A DNA stretch of 64,000 bases from assembly GCA_951406725.2 (NCBI GenBank), contig OX597824.1, forward strand, positions 44,888,001 through 44,952,000, read 5' to 3'. Each line of letters starts with the position of its first letter. Positions within the stretch are counted from its first letter, which is position 1. Below, in pieces: positions 50,103 to 61,606 of the stretch. The DNA is from Octopus vulgaris (Eukaryota). The notes below the pieces were generated by a model. It saw nothing but the letters and a program-made list of their open reading frames with translations, was not told where the DNA came from and did not search any database. The position numbers were made by a program, and so were the translations under genes.

Positions 50103-53100
50103 GTTCAAAGATCCATTTTAACACTTCTGTGTTACCTTCTGGATGAGAACTTCTGTACTGGCAGTTGGTATTACAATTTTTTTGTCATGTTTAGGAGACC
50201 CATGGAAATACTCTTTATGTGTCTGACTAGCCACCTTCAAGCTTTTAAATTTTTGACCAGTAGCATTAAGTTATAATTGTGTATTATATAAGTGTTAAGT
50301 TTTGAGTTACATACTGCTATTAAGATATTGATTCTATAACTAACTTCTATTCCTTTTTGTTATGTTTTGTTTTCTTTTTTTGTACTGGTAGTAGGGATAT
50401 TTTAAATAAGATGCTTTTTCATATAGTGTTTTACTATCACAATTAGATTTATAAATGTTTGTTTCTTAAACTATTTTTCTCATCTTGGATGTATTGCTGA
50501 CAGAATGTATCAGTTGGTATTCTCTTGAGTTGTTTTTCAGAGATTGAACCTACAGCCTTTATTGCTGTATTGACTAACTTGTCTTTTGTTCTGGAAGACT
50601 AGCCATTTATAGTTTATTAACAGGTTTGCTGTTTGTTATTGATGGGAGATTTCTAATGTTCCAGCTTTTGATATTACTTTATGATTAAGTGTAATGCATA
50701 TTGTATCCTGTTCAACATAACAAGCTTTTCAATGATGTATTCAGCTATTCAATTGCTTAGCTGCTATTTATTTACTTTGTGTGATTCTTTTTTGTTTTTA
50801 ATAGATGTTGCGTCTGTTGTTAAAATTTGTTTGCCTGTTATTCCTGTACCAAATTATTAAAATGTCTATTTCAGACATTAATGATCCATTTAATCCTATT
50901 AATTGCTTTGTGCAATATGACTTTTAGGTAAGGACCCAGGTGAAATGACTGCTCCATTCTTAATCATAAATGTAGGAACAATAAATTGATATCAGTATAC
51001 ATTTTTTAACCACTAAAAATTCCTATACATGCATACAAGTAGTAAGTGGTCAAACAAGTACAATTATAAAAAAAAAAAGCAGCAATAAAAACTAAAACAA
51101 GTTTGTTTTGAATAGCACATATCTAAATGAGAAGCTGTTCCTAATACACACATATGCAATATTTGCTTTTAAAGTTAGAGTACTGAAATTAATGGGGTGA
51201 ATGCAGTATAGTAAAATTATTCATCTTAAAGATGTATCAAATAATCCTGATTAAAACATTTAAGAAAACTCCAGGATAAATTATTTGATAAAAAGATTTT
51301 ACTTAAAAACTGAAAATTATATATTTTCCCTAAACTTATTAACTCGCTTTAATTTAAATCAATTTCTTTTTTAATCTACATTATCTTTACAAACTACAGC
51401 CTGTCATTTAGTGCATGCTAGCCACATATCCATTATATTAACACCACATATAAGAGAGAAATTACTTGTTTAATATCTATTGTTTCTAGCCTTCACAGAT
51501 GTTATCACTCTAATAAGTTCCCACTACATCAAACAATCATATTTTCACAGTTATCACCTAATTGCTATTTTGTGTTAACATCACCAAAAAACAACAACCA
51601 TATCCACTATCAACACTTCACTATTTACAAACACCATTCACCATAGCCATCTTCATTGATGCTCATCCTCCTCTGCCATCAATATGAGCACCCACAACAA
51701 CAAATAACTCTTTAAAGGGTTTTTTTCTCCCTTTCAACAGTAATTTATTTTTTCTTTGAAGTTTCCATTGAAAATCATTTCCTATATGCACAATACCTTG
51801 CATCTCAAAAAAGGCATGCATTTACATCCATAATTCAACTGGTTGCTCCTATTCAAAAACTTAGCTGTTGCAGGTGTTGTTTAGACTCAAATCAATTTTG
51901 ATTAAGCAGGCCTATGGTCAATAGCATTCTAGTCATGGCCACCCACTCTTTTTAGTGGTGTGTAGGGCAAGATTATTTAATGTCTCCTTTCCTTATTTAA
52001 GATAACAGAGTGTGGTGATTTGAGGACGATTTGCCTACTATGTCAAATAACCAAACAGTGACACTCTCATTAGCTTATATTGCAGATGTTTCTATAAAAG
52101 TTAAGAATTTGGGAGTGGCAGAAGGAAATTTAGATTAAAAAATAAAGCAAGTGGATACAACAGGATGGCATAATTCACTGCTATAAACAACAATATTGTA
52201 ATGAGCCAAAAAGGTTATTCAATCTGTTACAAATAATTATATTGGAAACATCTAGTTTTAGGAATACAAAGACAATGGATGGTCATCGTTGGAATAACTT
52301 TGATCATAGGCCTGTTGAATCAAAACTGATCTAGAGCTAAGTAACAATATTATTATAAACAGACAAGTGTTTTCATTTATTGGCTTGCAGAGATTAGATT
52401 ATGTCCATGAGAAAACACACATGCTGAGCAGACTGAAAACTGGAGTTATACATTCCCTCTAGCAAACTTCAGAGGTACATGAAAATAATGATAATTATGT
52501 TTTGGTCACATAAACAGAAAGCAACAAATTTAGAGTAAAAACTAATTGATTACATCAACCCCAATATCACCATCATCAACATTTAACAGGCGTTTTCCTT
52601 GCCGGCATGGTTAGGACGGCTTGATAGGAACTAGCAAGGACAGGGGCTGCACCAGGTTTCATAGTTTGTTTTGGCTTGATTTCTACAGCTAGATGCCCTT
52701 CCTAATGTCAACCACTTTACAGAGTGTACAGGGTATTTTTTACGTAGCACAATCACCAGTATTTTTACATGGCATCAGCACTTACTTTATGATTAACATA
52801 AGGAAAATCTAATAGCAACAAAACAATTTCTTTAAACAAATTTTTTGATAATTTTAACCTCAAAGTTATGAGTTTTCCTACTGTAATATCCAGGTAATGA
52901 CATGCTGCTCTACATCAAAAAATGAATTGCTAAACCTATCCTAATAGTATCCACATCACATATCAAACCAGAATGGCTCCATCAAAAACAGATGTGGAGT
53001 AAAATGGGAGTCAAAACCCATGACAATGTTAAGTGCTAAACACTCTAAACCAGTAATTGTGTTAAACTGGGTGGTGTGTTAGACCAACCTTCCTTTCTCT

Positions 53101-54772
53101 GACATCACATTGTGAACAACATCAAGTGACTTCCACAACAAGCACTATCTGATGTCATGGAGTTTTCATGTAAAAATAGAAATGTAGTTTCAAGTTCTCT
53201 TTCAATTTTTTTGTAAACAAAACACTATTTTGTCAGCCGGATACAAATTTGACACATCTACCTGGGTACTAAGAGCAAAGAGCTGGGACATACACAACAA
53301 AGCATTTTTCCCTTTGTTCTAACAATTCTATCAACCCATTGTCAAAGACTTGTGTTATATTTCATTGACCTTTATCACAGACAGAATTAATTCATTAAAA
53401 AGCTGTCTGAAGAACTGAAGACAAGAGTGAGAATGCATTAAAAGATGCATCTTTTAATGTGTCTCACTCTTCAGTCATCTCAAGTTGTACTCAATATTCT
53501 TAGATATGTCCTCCTACTTTATCACTACTACTCTTTGTTGTGTAATGCCTCATACCATCAACTTTTGCAAAACCATCCAACATATGTGTATGGAAAAATG
53601 AATATGGATTATTAAGAATAGGAAAATAAAAATGGAGGTTAAAAAAAAGTTCTTTCCTATGTTCATTTGAATTTAAAGGACACATCACTGAAGGTGTCAA
53701 GATATGGTTGAGAGATCATCATGAACAGTGAACATATGTTGAGAGTGTGTTACTAAAATATATACAGTAGTTTTATTTGTTTCCTATTTACTGTACTCTC
53801 TATATATATTCTACTGCCAGTTAAACAGATGGTACATATGATAGCTAAATATATAGAGATTTGATTACTGATTTATTATTACTACATAGTTAAAATGAAT
53901 GGAAAAATCTTTTTATTTTAACATGTCTAGAAATAGAGAATGAAAGAAGTTTTAGAACTATATGTGAATATAACTGATGTTAATTACTTGATATTTTGGT
54001 TTGTATAAACATGGGCAGAAAAAAATATCTAACAGTTGTCTTGTGCTTACTGAAATGATTAAAATAGTATCAGTAATGGAGCTAATGTTGTCTTTTCCTT
54101 CTCACCACAGGTAAAATATTTCTCATTAGACTTTTGATGCTTACTGCAGTAAGTTAGTGTCAACACATTAACACCAACATCAAACTATTGCTTTCTGACA
54201 TCTCTGAGTTTAAAAAAATCTTTTCACGTCTGTTTAGTGGTTCTCAACCCTATTGTGGAAAATATGGCAAAAATTAGGCTTTGCGGAGGAGGTGTAATAG
54301 AGCGAAACCTGTCTAGATTTGTCTCCCCTACTTGAGCTAACACCTTTGCTTCCATGCTTAAGTATTTCTTAATTCAATTTATTTTTTAGCTTATTAGATT
54401 TAAATATGTTAACGATAACTTAATTATCATTTAGAAAGATATTTAGTTCAATGTGTTAACAAGATGTGTATTTACATGTAACTGGCAAAAGTGGCTGATG
54501 AAAATGTCTGATCTCAGCTCAATGATAACTTCTCTGGCTTTTCTCGTTCTTTCTCTACTCCTATGTAGCAGCAAACATTTTGTCTTAAATTTAAGTACAT
54601 GCATATAAAGAATTCTAATAAAGATGATTTTTTTAAAATTGTCACGACAAAGCAATCTTACAGCCATCGAGATATGGAAGAAAAGAATAAATAAAACGGA
54701 GCAGATGAATGAATTTTAAATAAGTGGTTCTTCTGAAGTATATGGAAAACAATCTAGAAAGATGATACTTAC

Positions 54773-55189
54773 AGTCTCGGAGAAATTCCGCCTTAAAAAT
54801 CTTGTGTACCAATTCGTTGTTCCAGCAAAATCCAAGATCTTTTTCATTTTGGCAATAAGCCGGCCCTTTTCAATGATCATTTCACGAGTCAGCTCGTTGA
54901 GTTTACCATCGGCATGAATACCATTTATCCACCCAGTTAATTCTCTGTCCATTTCTTGCACTTTTGTAAGCTGGCGACCGGTTTTTTTCGGAGGGGTTAC
55001 TTTAACACTCGCGATCGAACTGTCTGAGGACACACTCAAAGTGTTCTCTTCTGTCTGGCACTGCTTGTCAATATCATTACTATTGGAGTAATCAGATTTC
55101 GGGGAAACTGGAACACTATCATCATTCGAACTTTTGGATGTGTTATTGGTCTTATCCATCGTTGTTGTTTGTTCTTCGTCTTCAAGCAT
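54773..55189 (-). CDS. ARL14EP-like gene, first coding exon: Ser/Asp/Thr-rich N-terminus plus CENP-B/Tc5-type HTH
   Basis: ORF from ATG 55189, with an in-frame TAA upstream at 55238-55240. EMDRELTGWI...LTREMIIEKGRLIAKMKKILDFAGTTNWYTRFLRRN aligns by eye to the second CENP-B HTH (LEGLLIAWF...LKEKALRIAEELGMDDFTASNGWLDRFRRRH). Ends at a canonical donor ACT|GTAAGT, phase 0, 417 nt. Linkage to the downstream exons is inferred from phase compatibility. Confidence 0.7.
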
Positions 55190-55846
55190 TTCAGAAACTG
55201 AGTGTCTTCGGCTTATAGTTACTTTGTCTGTCCCATTTTACAGGTAGTTTTCTTCTTTGCAAGCTTTTCGCAATCTAACAGAGGAGGCCAAAAGCCTATT
55301 TAAAAGTGATATTAGCAGCGATTCCATTGTTAATAGAAGAATGACTGAAAAATCAAAGAATGGAAAACGTTCCGAGGCTAATTCCTTTGTTTTATCAACA
55401 CTACTTGGTTACAAGTTCAATTTTTCAGTTCGATCTCATTTTAGTCAGTCGCTTTATTTGTTGTCTCTAAGTGTTCATTCATTGCTTCTGAGCTACTCTT
55501 TGCAAGTCGATGGCTCCTCTCTTGTTCTGGCGTTTAAATACACGCGAGTAAGACAGTAGGAGCATTATAATTCTTTCGATTGTGATTTACTCAGAATCTT
55601 CTATTTTCGTTTAATATTTATTAAAAAAAAAAAATACACACACACAGGGGAGAAAAAAAGACTACAAGTATCAACGATTGTTATGGTTGGTTTGCATTAA
55701 ATGAATGAATTAATGTATGAATCCGAAACAATTTTCTAGACCAGTGAGTAGACATAAATTTGTCAGTAGTAAACATTTGGCAAAATTGTAAGTTCCACTC
55801 ATTTTGTTTTGATCGCTCAGAATGCATGCTGCTAAGCGAGACTTTG

Positions 55847-56098
55847 AAAATGGCGCTGAACAACAAAGCATATTAACTAATCATGTTAAACAAAGACTCC
55901 TGTTCTAATTCACAAAATTCAAGAAATCCTAAGCAATGATTCTGTTGATAAAAATAAAATATAAAAAACGAAAGATAAAATAAACTCAAGTAAATCGCTC
56001 TACCTAATTCAATATTCCAAATTTGCCAACGGAAGTTCTTTAGCAAGTACGCATGCGCAGAGAGGTAGGAATTCTAAAGAATGGAAGCAGACGTCAAT
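55847..56098. promoter_or_regulatory. Candidate housekeeping-type promoter of the ARL14EP-like gene
   Basis: CpG-containing cluster about 0.7-0.9 kb upstream of ATG 55189: YY1-like AAAATGGCG (55847-55855), ETS-like CGGAAGT (56030-56036), NRF1-like TACGCATGCGCA (56048-56059) and CRE-like GACGTCA (about 56090). Confidence 0.45.
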
Positions 56099-58029
56099 AT
56101 CTCAACATTAATAGAATCTTTTAACTATATTCATGTATATGTGTTATAGATGAAGAGAAAAAGAAACTATTCGATTAATTTAGATTTATTATTGGTATTA
56201 AAGTGTAAAATTTCGTGAATCGTCTTTATTTATATACAAATGCTCAGACTTCCTGATGTTCTAATTTTATTGCACGGCTAGCCATGTGATACATTAGGCG
56301 GCGAGCCAGTATAGATATGAATCATCTTCTCACTTATGAGAAAATTAATGTCTTCTTTCCAGTTTTTCGTCAGTCACGAGGCAATCTAAGCAGATATAGT
56401 AATGTGAAAAATATTGTTAGAATAAAACCATTCTGGATCGATTATTTCTGCGTTTTAGCTATGGTTGACTGGTTGAGTCTAGGTTATCGCATGTTGCTAT
56501 TACTACGCAAAGGAGTCTTCATTATTTCGTTGAAGAACTATATTTTGTCTTCGAAACATATGCACTTATACATTCTAAAGCGGCTACAAAAGCTTTATCG
56601 GTTGTTATACTGATGAGGACAACTAATCACTGACTTTATGATCATATGTAACTACTAATCATTCCTTTAAGTACAAGTATTTTTTATTAATAGATTGAAT
56701 GTAGACCCTTATATTACTGTTTTCAGTTTCACTGATCCTAGAAGAATGAAAACTACAACCAAACCAAGAGATATTTGAAGAGGGTCCGCAATGCTTAAAG
56801 TATCAACTGTGGCATAATGACTTGGCAAATTCACTTTATGATGAAGACATAATTGATAGTGATAGTAGTTTTGATGATGATAGCAATGATAAAGAGGATT
56901 TATTTGTTAGCACATGTAATCTGGAACAAGTTGATCATAATTTTCCCTATGAAATGAAAAAAAAAAGATTAGCAATATATTATTACTTTGACAAAAGAAC
57001 ATATAAATTAAGGTATTGTGGTTAAGATAGACTTAAAGAATCACCATACAACAGTCCAGATCAACAAGTAGCACATACTTTACATTAATATTAGAATCAC
57101 ATCTGCCAGCTTATCCCTTGAACTCATGCCAATTTTGTAATTCCATATTTTATAAAGCTTTTGGAGCAAAGATATGCCATTTCTTCTTTTACTAGCAATA
57201 TTCCAAACTAGGTCCTACATGAGCTTTGTAAAGACTTGGTAGTTGTTGGGGACTTAAGTATTTTCTGACTCTGAGTTGGAAGGCAAGTCTTAGCTATGTT
57301 ATAGATCTGCATTCATCAACAGAGATCCTCAATGATGGTGAGGCCTAGCATTTGTAGTGATATTGAGGGTTCTATTTACATGTTAATGCTTAGTTAGGGA
57401 TGGGTAGGACTGGCACTATACCCTAAGAAAATTAGGTGATTATTTATGGTGCTAAAATCTGGAGGTGCTACACAAATTCTGAACAAGTTAAACAAAACTT
57501 TGTAATTCAGGTAAAAATGTAAAATCTCAGTAAGAGAACAGATGAAGTGAATCCTGGTGGAGATGAAAATGTGGGATAGAGTTGGGAAGATGAAAGGATC
57601 ATGTGATGTTATGACTTGTCAAATAATTTAGAATGAGGCATTTAAAATTTTGCTAGATAACAGATTTATTCAGAAATATTAAATTTCTAAATATCTCATA
57701 GAGATATGTACGGTGGTGGAGCGATAGAGTGGTTGTATACTGTCAACTTAACGTGACAGTCCTGTAAGGGAGCGGTGGTGTAATTCCCTTACAGGACTGT
57801 CACGTTAAGATTTATTCAGTGATATGTATAATCATAAAACAACAGATTTCTGGTTTGCAAGTTAGTTATAATTTTTTGACTGCGTTTTTCAGCTGACCTA
57901 AAAAAAAGATTGATGACTGGAGGAATTTGAAGAAAAAATTCTTAAAGGGAGCACACAATGCAGGATTGGGAGAAGGGGGAACACTGCAAAGGCAAGTGAA
58001 TTGTAGGTTTGAGAGAAGCAGGTGTATAC

Positions 58030-58530
58030 TGTAAGGCTAGGAGAAGAGGGCTCGTGTTGTAGAGCTGGGAGAAAGAGCTCATGTTGTAGAGCTGGGAGAA
58101 GAAAGTTCGTATTGTAGGGTTGGGAGAAGAGGACTCATGTTGTAGGGTTGGGAGAAGAAGGCACATGTTGTAGGGGTGGGAGAAGAGGGCTTACATTATA
58201 GGGCTGGGAGAAGAGGGCTCACATTTCAGGGCTTGGAGAAGAGGGCTCACATTGTAGGGCTGGGAGAAGAAAGCTCATATTGTAGGGCTGGGAGAAGAGG
58301 ACTCATGTCATTGGGCTGGGAGAAGAGGGCTCATGTCATAGGGCTGGGAGAAGAGGGCTCATGTAGGGCTGGGAGAAGAAAGCTCCTGTTGTAGGACTGG
58401 GAGAAGAATGCTCACATTGTAGAACTGGGAGAAGAGGCAGCACATTTAAGAGCTAGAAGAAATTGAGTAGATTGTAGGCCTGGGAGAAGGGGACACATGT
58501 TGTAGGACTGGAGGAAAGGGGTGAACATTG
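58030..58530. repeat. 28-bp G-rich minisatellite (about 17 units)
   Basis: TTGTAGGGCTGGGAGAAGAGGGCTCACA-like unit with a 28-nt period. Confidence 0.9.
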
Positions 58531-58599
58531 TAGGACTGGCCCCAAAGATAGGAAGCAATTATTTTTTATTTTTAGATGTAGTAATTGTGTTTTTGTGCT

Positions 58600-59550
58600 G
58601 TTGAAAGAGAGACAATTGGAACAGCCTCATTAGGGAATGTTTTTATGGTCTCTGTTCATGGTGTTAGTGTAAGTTTGAAGTTGAGTGTGGATGATGCCCA
58701 GGTATGGAAGATTAGGGAAGAATAAAGACTAGTGTTATTTGCATAGGGGTGGGTGTTGGTAGAGGTAATGGTATGGGTATGTAAGTTATAGATGAATATG
58801 AAGATTGATGTGGATTTCAAAACAACCTTGAAGCACACTAGAATTGACTAAGTTTAGATTGGGGAGAGAGAGAGAGAGAGTTCCATCAGCACATGTTATG
58901 GTGCTGTGATCTGACAGGAAACTTCTGATCAAGAACTGAGAGATAGAGGAAGTCCATAAACAAGAAGTTTAGTTTGAAGATTCATGGGTCAGATATGGTC
59001 AAATGTTTTACTGATGTGCAATAGCACTGTATTCACCAAATTTTTCTCAGCCGAGGACCTCCTGGTGAGTGATACAGGCGGGTTTGATTTTATGAAAGTC
59101 ACACTGGTGGACATTAAGAGAAAGAGGGATTCTAAGTATTGGACAAGATGGTTGTTAATGACTATTTCCATCACCTTTCAGATATTGGAAATGAGAGCAA
59201 TACAACAATAGTTGGTAGAGTCAGAGGGTTTATCCTTTTTGGGGAATGAGATATACCACACACTTCAAAAGATTAAGATAGCTTGAGATAGAGAGATTAA
59301 TAGATGAGAGAGAGAGAATTTAGTCGAGCTCTTGGTTGCATGGTTTGAAAAAATTATTAGGGCCAGTGGCTTTGATGGTTTGAAATGACAGATGATGCTT
59401 TCAGTATTGAGCCTGATGAAGTGGAAGGGAAGTTTCGGAGGAGATTTAACTAGTGTGTGTATTGTAGAGTTGAATGCAAACCGGGTAGCAAATGTTGGGG
59501 TATTTTTTCAGAACTATTGTGTTTTTAGACATGGCCAATAACTTCCAAGT
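58600..59550 (-). mobile_element. Old CR1/Jockey-like RT fragment
   Basis: MEIVINNHLVQYLES..LL..HQ.DF and ISKTFDHI.P..LQ.KL, resembling the DISKAFD region. Heavily decayed. Confidence 0.55.
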
Positions 59551-60118
59551 TGAATGCCTCTTCCCTCCCTGCCCCCCCACCCACTCACAGAAAGACAGAT
59601 AAATCTATAGTATATATATAAAATTGAGTTTGTGTGTGTGTAGACATTTATGTTTTTTATAGAAATCCACATTCAATGCCTGATTGACCTCAAATTTTAT
59701 ACACATACTCAGTGCACTACTACATTACAAATTTCCATGGCCAAACTTTTATTCAAACATACTAATGCTAAACTACACCATTTGGAGCACTAACATTTTA
59801 GTTTCTTGCCAAGTCCAGTGTTTAAAGTTGTGCACCCAAATCCATTCTTAGACACTGTTCATTCCTAGACAGAGATCACTGCGTTTCTGCATTGAAAAAC
59901 ACTTCAAGATGTTGAAGCCTACATACTGACTGCAGTACCATAAATCCCTTGAAACTTCGACAGTGAAAATATTGCATTTTTGCTTACTGCATTCAAAGTG
60001 GACTGAAGTCAGGGCGATATTTGAACTCAGTTAATGCAGTCCACCCATGTACCAATTTACATTGCACTTAGCTCGATACACTGTGTATGGAATCAGCAAA
60101 AAATTGCAGTATTTATAT

Positions 60119-60414
60119 TACTCTTTTACTTGTTTCATTTGACTGCGGCCATGCTGGAGCACCACCTTTAGTCGAGCAAATCGACCCCGGGACTTATTCT
60201 TTGTAAGCCCAGTACTTATTCTATTGGTCTCTTTTTGCCGAACCGCTAAGTGACGGGGACGTAAACACACCAGCATCGGTTGTCAAGCGATGGTGGGGGG
60301 ACAAACACAGACACACAAACATATACACACACACATATATATATATATATACATATATACGACAGGCTTCTTTCAGTTTCCATCTACCAAATCCACTCAC
60401 AAGGCATTGGTCGG
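60119..60414 (-). mobile_element. SINE with internal (TA/TG)n, nested in the Helitron
   Basis: Related to 40905-41195 and 43505-43680 (ttctttcagtttc..ctaccaaatccactcacaaggc; tacttgtttca...actgcggccatgctggagc). Confidence 0.65.
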
Positions 60415-60675
60415 GTTGACATTTCATGGGATTTCCGGTAGCTTCTCCCAATAATCAATTTCAGGTTAGACTCAGTAGTAAGACCGCTACTACAACATTA
60501 TTTGTGACTGCTACGGCGCACATGTTACACTCAAACGTCCTATAGCAAGGAGAGGCCACTTTCCAGCTTTCGATGGATGTCTTACCTTTCATTGCTATCT
60601 TTTCTTTGAGGAGACCCTGGTCTACATTATCCTACAGAATTATGCATTTCACACCGTGGGAAAAGGCAGAACAGT

Positions 60676-61606
60676 TCAACTGGGGTCTGGGGAGCCCGAA
60701 GGCTGCACCAGGCCAGTCAGATCTGGCAGTGTTTCTACAGCTGGATGCCCTTCCTAACGCCAACCACTCCGAGAGTGTAGTAGGTGATTTTATGTGCCAC
60801 CGACACAGGTGCCAGACGAGGCTGGCGAACGGCCACGCTCGGATGGTGTTTTTATGTGCCACCGACACAGGTGCCAGACGAGGCTGGCAGACGGCCACGC
60901 TCGGATGGTGTTTTTATGTGCCACCGACACAGGTGCCAGATGAGGCTGGCGGACGGCCACGATCGGATGGTGTTTGTTACGTCCCCAAAGCACGGAGGCC
61001 AGTCTATGCGGTACTGGCTACGGCCACGTTCGGATGATTTTCTTGTGTGCCACCGGCACTGGTACCACAAAGATACAAATTCCATTGATGTTCATCTATT
61101 TTGATTTGTTTTGATTTGATTTGATTTTCACTTGCCTCAACAGGTCTTCACAAGTGTCACAAGAAGGAAGGTATGCACAGGTGGACTGACTACGTCCCAG
61201 GTAGGGGCCACGGGTTATGGCCTGACAGAACAACTAACCATCTTCGGATGGTGTTTTTATGTGCCACCGACACAGGTGCCAGATGAGGCTGGCGAACGGC
61301 CACGATCGGATGGTGTTTGTTGCGTGCCCACAGCACGGAGGCCAGTCGATGCGGTACTGGCTACGGCCACGTTCGGATGGTTTTCTTGTGTGCCACCGGC
61401 ACTGGTACCACAAGATACAAATTCCATTGATGTTCATCTATTTTGATTTGATTTGATTTGATTTTCACTTGCCTCAACAGCACTTGCCTCAACAGGTCTT
61501 CACAGGTCTTCACAAGTGTCACAAGAAGGAAGGAAGGTATGCACAGGTGGACTGACTACGTCCCAAGTAGGGGCCATGGGTTATGGCCTGACTAGTCTTG
61601 CCGGGT
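60676..61606 (-). mobile_element. RTE 3' UTR fragment, internally duplicated, inside a Helitron
   Basis: Carries the minisatellite units and the GATGCCCTTCCTAACGCCAACCAC tail motif. Flanked by a 60-bp direct repeat (60616-60675 and 61607-61666). Confidence 0.85.

Noticed and set aside
50110-50900. Possible R4/Dong-type ORF remnant on the minus strand
   Set aside because: The similarity is too decayed to support by eye; it needs a translated search.
54716-54772. C-terminal VSIIFLDCFPYTSEEPLI of the 157-aa ORF
   Set aside because: It begins exactly at a GTAAGT donor, so it is most likely intron read-through.
55257-55559. 100-aa plus-strand ORF near the promoter
   Set aside because: Non-ATG start, no recognisable domain, and antisense to the probable 5' UTR.
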